Assembly: GCA_000934665.2 (NCBI GenBank)
Contig: KZ537999.1
Coordinates: forward strand, 186,001 to 250,000
Length of the DNA: 64,000 nt
Reading direction: 5' to 3'
DNA from: Catajapyx aquilonaris
Taxonomy: Eukaryota
The number at the start of each line of letters is the position of its first letter. Position 1 is the first letter of the stretch. A program made the translations under genes and the position numbers. This document shows positions 52,341 to 64,000 of the stretch, in pieces. Below the pieces are notes generated by a model. It did not search any database. It saw only the letters and a list, made by a program, of their open reading frames with translations, and was not told the DNA's origin.

Positions 52341-55300
52341 ATGTCAAAGGAAGGACCAGCAGTGGGCATAGATTTGGGTACCACTTGTTCCTGCATTGCA
52401 GTGTGGAAAGATGGCAGTGCTAAGATATTATTCAACGAAGATGGGAATCTAGTGACTCCGAGTTATGTTGCCTTCACTGAACACGAGAGGCTGGTTGGAG
52501 ACTCAGCCAAGAAGCAGGTGAGAGGCAGCACACACACCTGATGGCTATAGACTTAGCTTTTCATGCTATTTCCTTCGCTGAATTTAACATTGCTGCTGAG
52601 AACAGCACTTCGTGATAGCATTGCTAGAAATTATAATCTTCGCTGATAATAATAATCAATACAGATTGTTTCCCAGGTAGCACAGAAAGTCTGTACAATG
52701 TAGCACAGATATCTATACGTCTGTGAAAAATCTTCAGATATTATTCAGACATCTCTACGTCTGACTGATATCTACATACGAGTATCATGAATGCCTCACA
52801 TCTTCTTAAGACATCGTGCAGATAACTACAACAGATCTACAAATGCTGTATAGCCATATGAATATCTTACAGACGTTAATATGCGCCTAAGGTAGACATG
52901 TGACATCACGGTCTTGGGTCCAATCGTGTTCATGGGTTTTTGAATGCTCCCCCTCCATCCCCCCCCCCCCCNCACCACCACTTTGTTTCGTTACGACGCC
53001 CAATGGTGGTCTTTTTAGGGTTCCTTAAAAAGACGGTTGAGGTCCACAGTTGGAGTTGGGCCAGTTCACGGAGTGTTCACGTCTTGTGTTCGAGCTTCTA
53101 GACCTGGATGGGGTGCTACCACGGGGGTCTCAGAGCCAACGAATAAACATCAACACATCATCTGTCACCCTCCTGCCAGTGTGTAGCTCAGGTCTCGGCC
53201 TCCCTAAGTTTGAGCCACAGCAGCCCACAGAATAGAGATTATCACTTGGTTCATCAGCACACGTCGTCATTACTGTCTCGGGAAGTCAATTCCAACCAAG
53301 TGCCTCCCGGATACTAGTGCAAGGTTTGCAGGTGAGACAATCAGGAATGCCTCCCTGACTCAGTGACAAGGGGATATAACCACTCTCAAAAAAAGTGTAC
53401 ACCAGTTCCAGCTGGAACTGCATGGAACTATGTGGTTCCAAGCCGATTCCAAGCCGGTTTCACAGGAACCCTATAAACATTACTTCCACGAAGTGGGTAC
53501 CCCCTCGCTCAGTGACGGTGAGTGAGCCTATGTTCTCAGTAACCGCCATATGTAGCATCAGTATCTGGGTGTGGCATTTACAGTTGTTAGAGACTGCTCT
53601 ACGGAACATCTATTCTGGACATAGGTGTATCATCAGCTCTAGATGTCTACCACACCTCAATGTGGTATTGATATTTGTTACTCCTCCCATCCACATTTAT
53701 GTGATATGGTCTACATGCAAGATGTAGCTGTGATGTTTACACCAGAATGATATCTACAGTATTTTACGTGGGTGGTAGATGTTCAGATGTTACACAGAGA
53801 TCAATTTCACGTTTTTTCCTAGGAAATGCTAGGCTGTGCTACATTCACTTCGCGGTGATCCACTCTTCCACAAACATTGCACGGAGGTTCAGCGAATATA
53901 ATTTTTTTTACGTCTCACAGATGTTGGTGTGCTACCATTCTAAAAAAAATTGTGGGTGGATGTGGAAGTTGTTGGCATTTATGCATTTATTCGTTGTTAA
54001 AATAATAGGGAGCTTCCCTGTGTTTCAGCGCATTTTATAACACTAGTTTCATTTTAGTCAGAAGCATGATGAATGCTTTCTAGTGATACTAATCAGTGAC
54101 AGGTCATGAACATGACACGTCAATTACATTAGGCACCGGTGAAATCGCAAAAAAATGCGAACAAACACATACATAGACAGGGTATTATCTTTCTAAATCC
54201 AAAGTTTACTCTCCTGGTGCTTGTCCACAATGTCCAGTGTCTCACTAGATAAGGACCATTATTTACTATACAGTACCTACACTATTCGGGTTTTTACAAG
54301 CAGGAATTTATATTGTTCCCGAAATGCCATAGGTAGGTTCAGTATTATTTTCATGAGATAGCCACAGCCATTCACCCATTCCTAAACATCTTACACCATC
54401 TGCATTTCATTTTTTTCTTATATTTCAGATGGTGGTGTCACCAGAGAACATCGTGTATGACTCTAAACGCCTGATTGGTCGCACTGGTGACGACCAGGAC
54501 ATTAAAAATGACATGAAATCATGGTCTTTCCAACTGGTTACAGGCACTGATAAACTTGGTGTCGAGGTCCAGTATCAGAGAGTGAGGAAGAGGTTTTACC
54601 CGGAGCAGATAAGTGCGATGGTTCTGGCCAATTTGAAGGAGACAGCTGAGACACATCTGAGGACGAAGGTGACCGATGCAGTGGTGACGGTGCCTGCTTA
54701 CTTCAACGACGCCCAAAGACAGGCGACCAAAGACGCGGCACAGATAGCTGGTCTGAATGTCCTCCGAATAATCAACGAACCGACAGCAGCAGCCATTCCC
54801 TACGGATTGGAAAACAATTCGGAGGAAGAGCGTACAGTTCTGGTGTATGACCTCGGAGGAGGAACCTTTGATGTCACCATTCTGTCAGTTAAAGGTTTGA
54901 CCTTTACTGTTATGTCGACAAGTGGCGACACACACTTGGGAGGGAGAGACTTTGACAACCAAATGGTCGACTTCCATGTTGACATGCTGAAGAGGAAACA
55001 CAAGAAGGACATCACAGGGAACCATAGGGCCATGCAGCGACTGAGAGTGGCGTGCGAGGAGGCCAAGCAAGTTCTCTCCAACAGGATGCAGACAGAGGTC
55101 ATTGTAGACAATATTTTTGACGGAATAGACTTAAAATCCAAGGTAAACTGTGAAGAAAATACTGGCTACAGTGTTCATTGCACGTTCACACACATTGAAA
55201 CAAACTTACTTTGCAGATTTCAAGGCAGAGGTTTGAAGACCTTTGCCTGACCTTGTTTCAAAAAACGTTGGGTATTGTCCAAAAAGCTCTCTCCGACGCG

Positions 55301-56445
55301 AAAGTAGAGAAAAAAGACATTGACGACGTGGTTCTGGTTGGCGGTTCCACTCGAATCCCGAGAATACAGGCCATGGTCAAGGACTTTTTCAATGGCAAAG
55401 AGATCTGTAAGAACGTAAATCCTGATCACGCGGTAGCCATGGGAGCTGCCGTCCAAGCTGCTGTCCTTCATGGTGACCATGAAGGTCACCTCATAAGCGA
55501 GGTGGTGCTGGAGGACGTGCTTCCCATGTCCCTTGGGGTAGAGGTGGAGGGACACGCAATGAGAGTGATCTTGAAGAAGAATAGCAAAATCCCTTGTATA
55601 AATTCCAGTCTGTTTACAATGGCTGAAAGTAGTGTCCAGCATGCTATCTTCATACGTGTAAGTAAAAGAGATTTCATGTGCGCCTCTAAGATGTCCTCCA
55701 GTAAAGAAAACATTTTGTGAAGTGAAAACTATTTATATAGGAATATTGCGGAATAATTCTCGCTGATAAAATAATACAAGTAGGTGTCCGTGATGTGCCA
55801 AGAAATTCTGTAAATTCATTGAATATCCCATCGGGTCCCAGCAAGGGTTCCTTAATGTACAGAATTCATTCCATTTTAACACAATGGCATTTGTGTAGCT
55901 ACACACCAATGCAATGCAGATTCTGCTTTTTACAGGTACTGGAGATAGAGGATTACGAAGCCAAGAAAAGCAACCTTCTCGCTTCGTTTAATTTGGGAAG
56001 ATTTTTATCAGGAACAGGAGTACCCAAACCCACAGTGATTGTGACGTTTTACGTTGACGAGAATGGCATTCTCAATGTCACTGGAGCCGAGACCGCAAGA
56101 GGTCAAACCAAGAACATGAACATAAATAGATCAAAGGGAGGATTCAGCCAAGAAGAGATTGACCGGATGAAGCTGGAAGAGCAGATACTTAAGGAAGGAG
56201 AAAGAAGGATGAAGGAACAAACTGCAGCCAGAAGTGAATTGGAAAGTTACGTCTACTCTATTAAAGAAGAACTGGAAAGCTCATCTGATGCAGTCAAGTC
56301 AATTTCAGAAAAACAAAAAAACCTCTTAATAGAAAAGTGCGAGACTCTCTTGGACTGGATCGAGGAAAACCAAAATGCGGACAAGGAAGTGTATGAAAAG
56401 AAACAAAGCGATCTTAAGAGGGAATGGATGAGTAAAAACTTTTAA
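52341..56445 (+). CDS. Hsp70: H2: HSP70-family chaperone with near-canonical ATPase motifs, divergent SBD and no C-terminal EEVD (~613 aa from ATG 52341)
   Basis: Exons 52341-52517, 54429-55142, 55217-55657 and 55936-56445, all phase 0 GT-AG. Motifs [102 protein letters not shown]. Ends WMSKNF*; AATAAA at 56559. The symbol denotes the family, not a specific ortholog. Confidence 0.93.
52672..53936. mobile_element. Degenerate non-autonomous DNA element(s), possibly EnSpm/CACTA-like, in H2 intron 1
   Basis: Starts CCCAGGTAGCACAG and ends ...GTGCTACC. Many subterminal AGATATCTAC/ACATCT repeats on the left and GTAGATGT repeats on the right, with an internal CACTCTCAAAAAAAG terminus-like motif at 53381. 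Confidence 0.4.
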
Positions 56446-56644
56446 TTGTGGATAGAAAGTATTGGTTAAGAATTAAGCATAATTGTCATGGATTAATGGT
56501 GTGATGATTTTAGATGACGGAAAGTCATTCAACTTTGAAAAATATTGTAAATGAATGTAATAAAATAATTTTATAAGTAGAGTTCAGTTGTACAGTACAA
56601 TCCTTCAGGTGGCTGTAATTTACGTTGTACGTTTTTACCAACCA

Positions 56645-57850
56645 AATGGTGATAATGATACCCTCCGCCACCACAGCATTTGGGAGAGTTGAGATCATAC
56701 CCAACTACAACGCAATAGAAAAGCCTTTTACACTCAATTACGTCGCGTTCATTGGCAAGAAAACGTTCGTCGGAGAAGTCGCCAAAAGCCAGGTACGACC
56801 AACCCTTTCTGATGGATCTTTCAGCAGATGCCGATCCGTCCTTGTTTAATACAGATGCGGATAAACATGTACAACACGGTGTTCGATGTAAAGCGACTGA
56901 TTGGAACAGTCCATGACAACTCTCTTGCTTTAGAACCCAAGTCTTAGTGGCCGTTGCGAGTGTCGATGGTTGGTGGAAAAGCTTACGTTGACGTAAAGAA
57001 AGACGGGAAGCTACAAACATTCCCTCCGGAACGTATCATGACCTATACGTGCTGAAAAGGAGGTTGAAATATGCCCGGAAATTTCTGAGTGTCCCTGTGA
57101 CCCGTACAGTAATGACTGTCCCTACGTATTTCAACGAGGCTCAACGACAGCAAGCAACCAGTAACGTCGCAAATCTGGCCAAAATTGGACTTGTGAATGT
57201 CATTGAAAATTGCACTGCAGCTGCTCTAGCATATTGTTATCGAAATAAGTTGAAGGATGCGGGTCATGTCCTGGTGTGTGACCTGAGTAAGTATGTGTTC
57301 GAAGTGTCGGTGTTACACGTGAACAACTGGAATCCCGAAATGGTCTTAAGCAAAAATGTGATACAAGTCTGGGGAGTTCCGAACTGGATAAGTGTTTAGT
57401 TTCGCACTCATTGAACTTGATTAGGCAATGCCACATGCTAGATTTGCAAAGTAACATCGAGGCCAAATGGAAGCTCTTGCTGGCCTGTGAAGAGGCGACG
57501 AAAACACTTTCCGTACGAGAAGAGGCAACAACACAAATTGATTGTCTTTGGGAGGATCTTAATTTCACCTGTAAGGTACTGTACGCGGTAGCTATGCCTC
57601 ATACACATATTGTATAAGTATTTTATGACTGAATATGCTGAAAATGGAGTTTACAGAGAATTGTTGTCTCACTCCTGCAGATTACTCGGCAACAAAACTT
57701 TGAAGCTCTATATACAGGAAAGATCAACGAAATAATGCAGCTAATATTACTAAAGATACCAGATTAGACCGAGGTCAAAATAATAAAGCACGTGGTGTTA
57801 ATGGGCGGATCGACTGGAATACCAATGTTGAGGGAGAGGGTGAGAAATTT
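56645..57850 (+). pseudogene. H3: HSP70-family pseudogene
   Basis: Introns fall at the paralogous positions (56793-56854; ~57576-57680). Motifs NYVAFIG..VGEVAKSQ, VFDVKRLIG, VMTVPTYFNEAQRQ, VVLMGGSTGIP. In-frame TAG at 56945, frameshifts near 57045, 57360 and 57695, no IDLG N-terminus, and truncation at 57850. Confidence 0.85.
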
Positions 57851-59929
57851 CCTGCAAAAATTTAATAAACATGCATGTTTCTTTGAATATTGTTATACCA
57901 TGAAACATAATAATCTGAAACTTATTGGTTTTTTACTTAGATTTTTAAGTATTTTTTTTCCAGTGGTGACGATTGTGCTGATATGGATATGGAGAACTTG
58001 GCCACCATTGTAGTCAAAGACAATCTACTGATTACCGAGATAATTTATATCTACAAGTGTTTGATAAACCAGTAAGTCGATTCAGTACTGCAGCGCCCAG
58101 GTATTTTGCGACTCAAACTACTTCACAGGTAACTAAAATGTTAAGTCCTGAGGATTTTTTTTTGTTATAACCGTGTTCTCCATCGCAGCAATGTTTATGT
58201 TGATGTAACGGAACTTGTGTATGCTAACCGCAAAGTTGAGTCAATTATTATGTGTATTTAGAATGTGTTTTGTTCGCTTATTGCAGGTGTGGGGCCAAAC
58301 AAAAGTTGCATGTCATAATAAGACCCAGCTAGAGACAAAAAAATGACTGACAAAGCACCAATTGTCGGAATTGACTTGGGCACTTATAAGTGTAGAATCG
58401 CTGCCTGGAAGGATGAAAAACTGCAAATCATTCCAGACCCCCGCACGAAGAATAATTTTATTCCCAGTTACGTTACATTCACTGGAAATAAGGAAATATA
58501 CATAGGAGAACGCGCCAAAAAGGCGGTAAGAGTTTTCACCATTATAACAACGTTCAGGTTTTCTAATTGGTTCTGAACTACTGTATACTTGGTTACAGTT
58601 GAGCAAAAACCCTAGGAACACCTTGTTTGATGTGAAGCACCTGATCGGAGCAGCAAAAGGTGATCTCATTCCAGTGAGAAACAGGTATCACTGGCCGTTT
58701 CGAGTGTCCCACAGTTCAGGAAGAGCAATGGTTGAAGTGGATAGAGATGAAAGGAAGGAGTACTCTCCAGTTCTCATCATGTCCTTCTTGTTGAAGCAAA
58801 TGTTGCAAAATGCAAATGATTTTCTGGGTCTGGAGGTGACTCACGCTGTAATGACAGTACCCAGTTTTTACAACGAGTATCAACGACAGCAAGCCACAAA
58901 AGATGTAGCAGACATAGCCAAAGTCAGCCTCATTCACGTCATTGACGATTGCTTTGCGGCTGCTCTAGCTTACTGTTTCGAAAAAGAGCTCACAGACGTA
59001 GACCACATGCTGGTGTATGATCTGGGCATGTACTCTTTCCAAGTTTCAGTGCTGAAGGTGAAGGACGGTTATCCAGAAGTTGTTGTGTGCGAAAGTGACA
59101 ACAGCACTATGGGAAGTAGAAAGCTGGACCTTTGCCTGGTGAAGCACTGTGTGAAGAAGAATTTGCAAGAACCACAGCCTGGTTTGAACAATGACGTCGA
59201 GGCGCCATGGAAGCTGTTACCAGCTTGTGAGGAAGCCAAGGCTACCCTGTCCTGTGTTACTCACACCAATGTAAAAACTAGTGATCATTGGCCTGACTGC
59301 AATTTCATCTGTGAAGTAAGTAAATGTCTCCAGCAGAGGACCATCATTGTCCCTATAAAATTGCAATATTTAACGCATGATCTAATCAAAGTAATTGTTG
59401 TGAATTTTCAAAATGTTATGAAGAATATTACCGTACTTATTGTATTTCTGACCTGCATAGCAGACTTAAATTCTGTAACATGAAGCATTGTTTTTCTTGC
59501 TTGTTAGGGACAGTACCTTGACATGGATTGCCCCTCTCATTTGTACAGATTTCTCGGCAACAATTTGAAGATATGTGCACAGACGTGATCAACGAAACAC
59601 TGAACCTGGTGGAATGTGCTCTGCGGAAGGCCGAAATAGACAAAGGTAAAATTGAGCACGTTGTCCTGGTTGGTGGATCTACGCGTATACCCAAGTTGAG
59701 GGAGATGGTGAAGAATTTCTTCAATTTGGAGGAGCTGGACCAGAGCATCGATCCGGAGGAACTAGTTGTCAATGGAGCAGCTCTTGCAGGTGTTTTCCTG
59801 AGTAGAAACCTCCAAGAAGGGAGTGCAGGGCAGGTATGCTGGTCATTGAAGAATATGGAAACAGAAGCAGGCCTCAGTTCTGGAGATAATGGTGCGGTTC
59901 GGGATGAGACAAATCAGAATGAGACAAGT
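57851..59929 (+). repeat. Segmental duplication copy B (paralogous to 49204-51664)
   Basis: Same alignment as copy A; lacks the 345-bp MITE. Confidence 0.92.
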
Positions 59930-61910
59930 CAAGATGAGAATCATGGAGAAAGCAATGAAGGGGAACGACCAGGCGAAGGTGGAGATGCCAATAATGATGG
60001 AGCACCTGATCAGATTGGAGAGAGTGCATCAAATAATTATTTGGAAGGAGTGTCCCAAGATGGCACTGAAACAGGTGATAAGAATGAAAAGAATATTGAC
60101 AATAGCGTATCATGGGACACAACAGAAGACTGGAATGTCCAATGCGTTTTTCGTGCAGTACCCGCACAAGTAGAGAGTGATGGAGAAGGAACCCTTCCAC
60201 TGCAGACTGAAACAGAAGCTGGTATTCATTCTTATGGACCACATAATGCTCCAGAGGACGTCACTAGCCACGCTATGACAAGGCAAGATGGGAACAATAA
60301 GGACTGCAACAATCAGGAGGACCTGCAAGGTGCAGATGACAATAAGGACGTAGCATCAGATCAGACTGGAGATATTGCAACCAACAGTTCGGAAAAAGAG
60401 TCGCAAGATGTCAAACCCTGCCTTGAAAGTGAGACGGATGTAGGCACTACAGACAACAATGGGTTAGGTATAATAGAAAACGCAGATGTCAAAGACTCCT
60501 GCCAGACCAAGGATTCAGGGACAGAGTGTGAAGCAGTGGAAGGCTGCCCAATGCCGATCCATGATGAGACAGAAGCAGGGCAGGGTAATGAGTCTGAGGA
60601 TGTGAGGAGTGAGGCAGTGAAACAAGAAGAGAACATCAAGGACGGCAACAACGACGTTGAAATACTTGCAACTGCAAATAATGTCAATGATGGAGATTTT
60701 GATCATAATGGAGATAGCACCAACAACAATATGGAAGGAGGATTAACTGATAGCTTCGTCATCGTGCCAGGCAGTAATGAAGATACCTGTACATCTGGAG
60801 GCAGGACATCCGTAGACATGGACGAGAAAGGCGACTCTCAGACTAAAGACGATGCAAGCTCTGGACAGAGAGCCATTGCGGAAGATAATTCGCAAGAGAA
60901 CAATCTGGATACCTCAAAATCACAAAGTGAGATAAACGAGGTTGTCGTAGCAGACTCGAACATTTTGAATAACGTTACCAATACAGGTAATGAAGAATAT
61001 TCCAAAAATAAAACCGACCAGGAAAATGAGGTTACAAGCTTCAGAAGTGCTCGAGAGCACAGCATCGAAAGCAGAAGTGACTGGGTCTCCTTTACTGTCA
61101 GATATAATGGAATAAATATGCAAATTTCGAAAAACAAATTCGCCTTTCTTGACAACATAGATGTAACGTGCAGCAGTATTTTGGAAGGAAAGCGTGTATC
61201 CATCATTACATCAGTAAGTAATTTATTGTTTTTGATGCCTTCCAAACGAGTATAACATACTATTACACCAGTTGAGTGGCTATGGTGATAGCAACTGCTG
61301 CCACTAACTGATAAGCTTACACTTCTACCGTAGATAGTTACCAATATTACAATATTATCCAGGAAACTAGTGTTCAGACTGGACCTTAATTTGAATGTAT
61401 TGTCAAGACCACGAACAAAAATTGTCTTATAAGTTAATATTATTTTGTCTTCATCTATAGTTGCAGGGATGGTTACCAGAGAAGAAAGCGAGTGATTGCC
61501 CTGAGATCGAAGTCATTTTTGGGGTCGATGCCAACGGAATCATTGACGTCAGTGACATCGCAGTAAAGTTTACCCAACGTCACACCATATTCACCGACGA
61601 AACGTACAAACTGAGGCAAAAAATGATGGAAATGAGGCAGGAACTTTATGGATTCCGCGAAAAAGAAAAAACGAAGAGAGACAGAGAAGTCGCCGAAACT
61701 AATCTTGAGAAATACTTGTATGAAGTGAAGCAGACCGTGGAAGATTCTAACAAGGTACCCGAAAACACGAAGGACCGGGTGACGAGCGAGTGCTATGAAT
61801 TGCTGGAATTTATAGAGGAAAACGAGGAGGAAGATGCCATCGTATATGAACAGAAACTGGCGACGTGTAAGAAAAAGTGGGAAGGCTTAATGAATAAATT
61901 AAGAAAATAA
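58343..61910 (+). CDS. H4: atypical HSP70-family protein (~1004 aa): degenerate NBD, ~430-aa acidic repetitive insert, shrunken SBD and lid
   Basis: Exons 58343-58525, 58599-59315, 59549-61213 and 61461-61910, all phase 0 GT-AG. The NBD is near-identical to H1. The last exon, PEIEVIFGVDANGIIDVS...AETNLEKYLYEVKQTVED..., matches the HSP70 SBD/lid. No EEVD. Confidence 0.88.
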
Positions 61911-62909
61911 ATTTGGCTGTAATCATATTTGCCAGACTACAGCTGATAACAATGCTGCCAGATAGCAGTAGTGGTCACTTGTGCAGACGTCAGAGCGTAA
62001 CATTTGGCGAAGAAATTTCTATCAAACCATTCACTTTCATAATAACTGAACTGTAAACTTATAGCTGTAATTAATTTTGTTTTTGTGAATGGAAAAATGG
62101 CATAATAAGATGACAGGTCGAAATATCATTAGGTGATTTTTTTTGCAAGATTCGTAAATAACTTACAATGTTTATGTAATAGAAAAAGAAATGTACAGAG
62201 GGTGTTTACAAAGAAAAACGAGTCTTTCCTGTTGCCAAGGTCGTTTAACAGCAATTAACTTATCAAAATATCATAGTGGATGTTGTACAATGAATCATAC
62301 TCTATAATAAATTACAGGCAATATTGCACACACAACAACTTGTTCCCGCATAATTTTGGAAGAATAACCGCCATATTTGCCTCCCCATGACCCCATCGCC
62401 TGCAGCTACAGATTACAGAACCTTAAGAGTACCGGTAATAAAAATATTACACGCAATTTACTGAATTAAACGCACTGCTTATATCTCAAGAGGCACGAGT
62501 TTTCTCAGTATATGCACCCTAAATGCATGTTGGTCCGGTACAATAATGATGACATAATGATATTATTTAACCCAGATACCAGTTCGATATATGATGATCA
62601 GTTCACCGTTTTTTTTTCAGGAAACAATTCCACAGAAAACATTAGAAAAATATCGAGTCATTAATTCCCAATAACTATGCAGTAACATCAGCTAGACGTA
62701 GTGAAAATACACCAAAAACTACAATAAAAAGAGTGTATGGCTGCTTCAGATAATAATAACGCCTTATCTGGAATATCTTCATTCCATTGTGATATGTCTG
62801 CATATCAAGGCTTCAAATGATTAGGAAATCGCTAGAGGAAAATCAGAGTGCTTAAAGTACGAGATAATGCACCAGTTGTGAGAAGTTGTCCCTAAATTCT
62901 GTGGATGAA

Positions 62910-64000
62910 ATGGCTTCGGCGAGTTCACCCATGTTTGGAATCGACCTGGGCACTTCCGAGTCCAGAATCGCAGTGTGGAAGGATGGACAAATCCAGGTTA
63001 TTCCTACCGTGAAAGGACAACTTTATACACCCAGTTACGTCACTTTTACTGGCCAACACATTTTAGCTGGAGACGACGCCAAAAACCAGGTTAGCATGCT
63101 GGTTTAGCTTCAACTTTCAAGCAGTTCATGACCTGCCGGTTTCAGGTTTCAAACCCGGAAAACACTGTGTTTTACGTCAAGCGTCTGATTGGAAGAGATG
63201 GCGACGGCACTCTACCAGGAACCACCAAATTCCACTGGCCATTTCAAGTCTCGATTATTTCAAGAGAGGCACATATGGTGGTAAGAAAAGGCGGAAAGTC
63301 GGAAACGTACAGTCCTGAACAAATCATGCACACTGTGCTGGATAAAATGCTGAAAGATGCCAAGATGTTCATGAACCTCGAAGTGAACCGCGTCGTAATG
63401 ACTGTTCCCACTTATTTCAACGAGGACCAACGAGAACGAGCAACAATGAATGTGGCTAAAATGGCCAAAGTCAACTTGATTCATGTGATCGACAGCAGCA
63501 CAGCGGCTGCCCTTGCTTACTGCTTCAGAAAGAACCTGAAGGACGCGGAGAACATCTTGGTGTACGACATGGGCACATATGTGTTCCAGGCAGCCTTGCT
63601 GAACGTGAAGGACCTCAACCCGGAAGTGGTTGCTAGCGATAATTTCCATAATCTAGGAGGCAGAAACCTGGATCAAGGTCTGCTGTCGCACTGCTTCGCT
63701 GCTATTATGAAGGACAGTAAGTTAGACTTGAGGAATGACATCGAGGCCAGATGGAAGTTGTTCCCAGCTTGCGAGGAAGCTAAGAAAAAATTGTCGTTTC
63801 AAAACGAGACGATTATCCGAGTTGATAATCTCTGCAAGGACTATAATTTCAACTTCAAGGTATTATGTAAAGCCTATACTTTGTATAGCTGTGGATATGT
63901 TGTCATAATATTATTGCCCTCTCGCCGTTCCAGATATCTCGACAAAAATTCGAATCACTCAGCTCAGAAGTGATTAAGAAAACTCTCAGCGTAGTGGGAG
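62910..64000 (+). CDS. H5: divergent HSP70-family gene, partial (runs off the window end)
   Basis: Exons 62910-63089, 63146-63859 and 63934->64000, with introns at the same positions as the other paralogs. Motifs FGIDLGTSES, TPSYVTFT, FYVKRLIG, VVMTVPTYFN, VYDMGTYVFQ, HNLGGRNLD, ISRQKFE. Confidence 0.88.

Noticed and set aside
53040..53375. Possible tRNA-derived SINE on the minus strand in the H2 intron
   Set aside because: Only a weak B-box-like match; no clear A box, tail or TSD.
54519..61344. Antisense ORFs overlapping HSP70 exons
   Set aside because: Shadow frames of the plus-strand coding exons, with no independent motifs.
1..64000. tRNA, rRNA, CRISPR arrays, conserved miRNAs and prokaryote-style operons
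   Set aside because: None recognised by eye. The DNA is intron-containing eukaryotic sequence. tRNAscan-SE, Infernal/Rfam and miRBase searches are needed to exclude RNA genes formally.

Overview
Eukaryotic genomic DNA from an invertebrate animal, probably an arthropod (inferred from the IST1 sequence and the many 56-78 nt spliceosomal introns). Positions ~1-35 kb are gene-poor and rich in homopolymer runs and TAAT motifs. The only convincing gene there is an orphan spliced gene (12064-13092) with an ~11-residue hydrophobic repeat domain and an acidic tail. Positions 37-45 kb hold several MITEs (some nested), a possible divergent transcript, and a complete 6-coding-exon IST1 gene (41495-45661). 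Positions 46-64 kb are a head-to-tail array of lineage-specific HSP70-family genes, here called H0-H5: an NBD-less lid-only gene, three copies with degenerate ATPase motifs, one copy with near-canonical ATPase motifs and no EEVD, and a pseudogene. Best candidate for a new system: phase-0 splice sites can join degenerate NBD copy H1, a partial-NBD exon and the near-canonical HSP70 H2 into one ~1119-aa 'double-headed' HSP70. All gene models were built by eye from splice signals and reading frames; no database searches were run.
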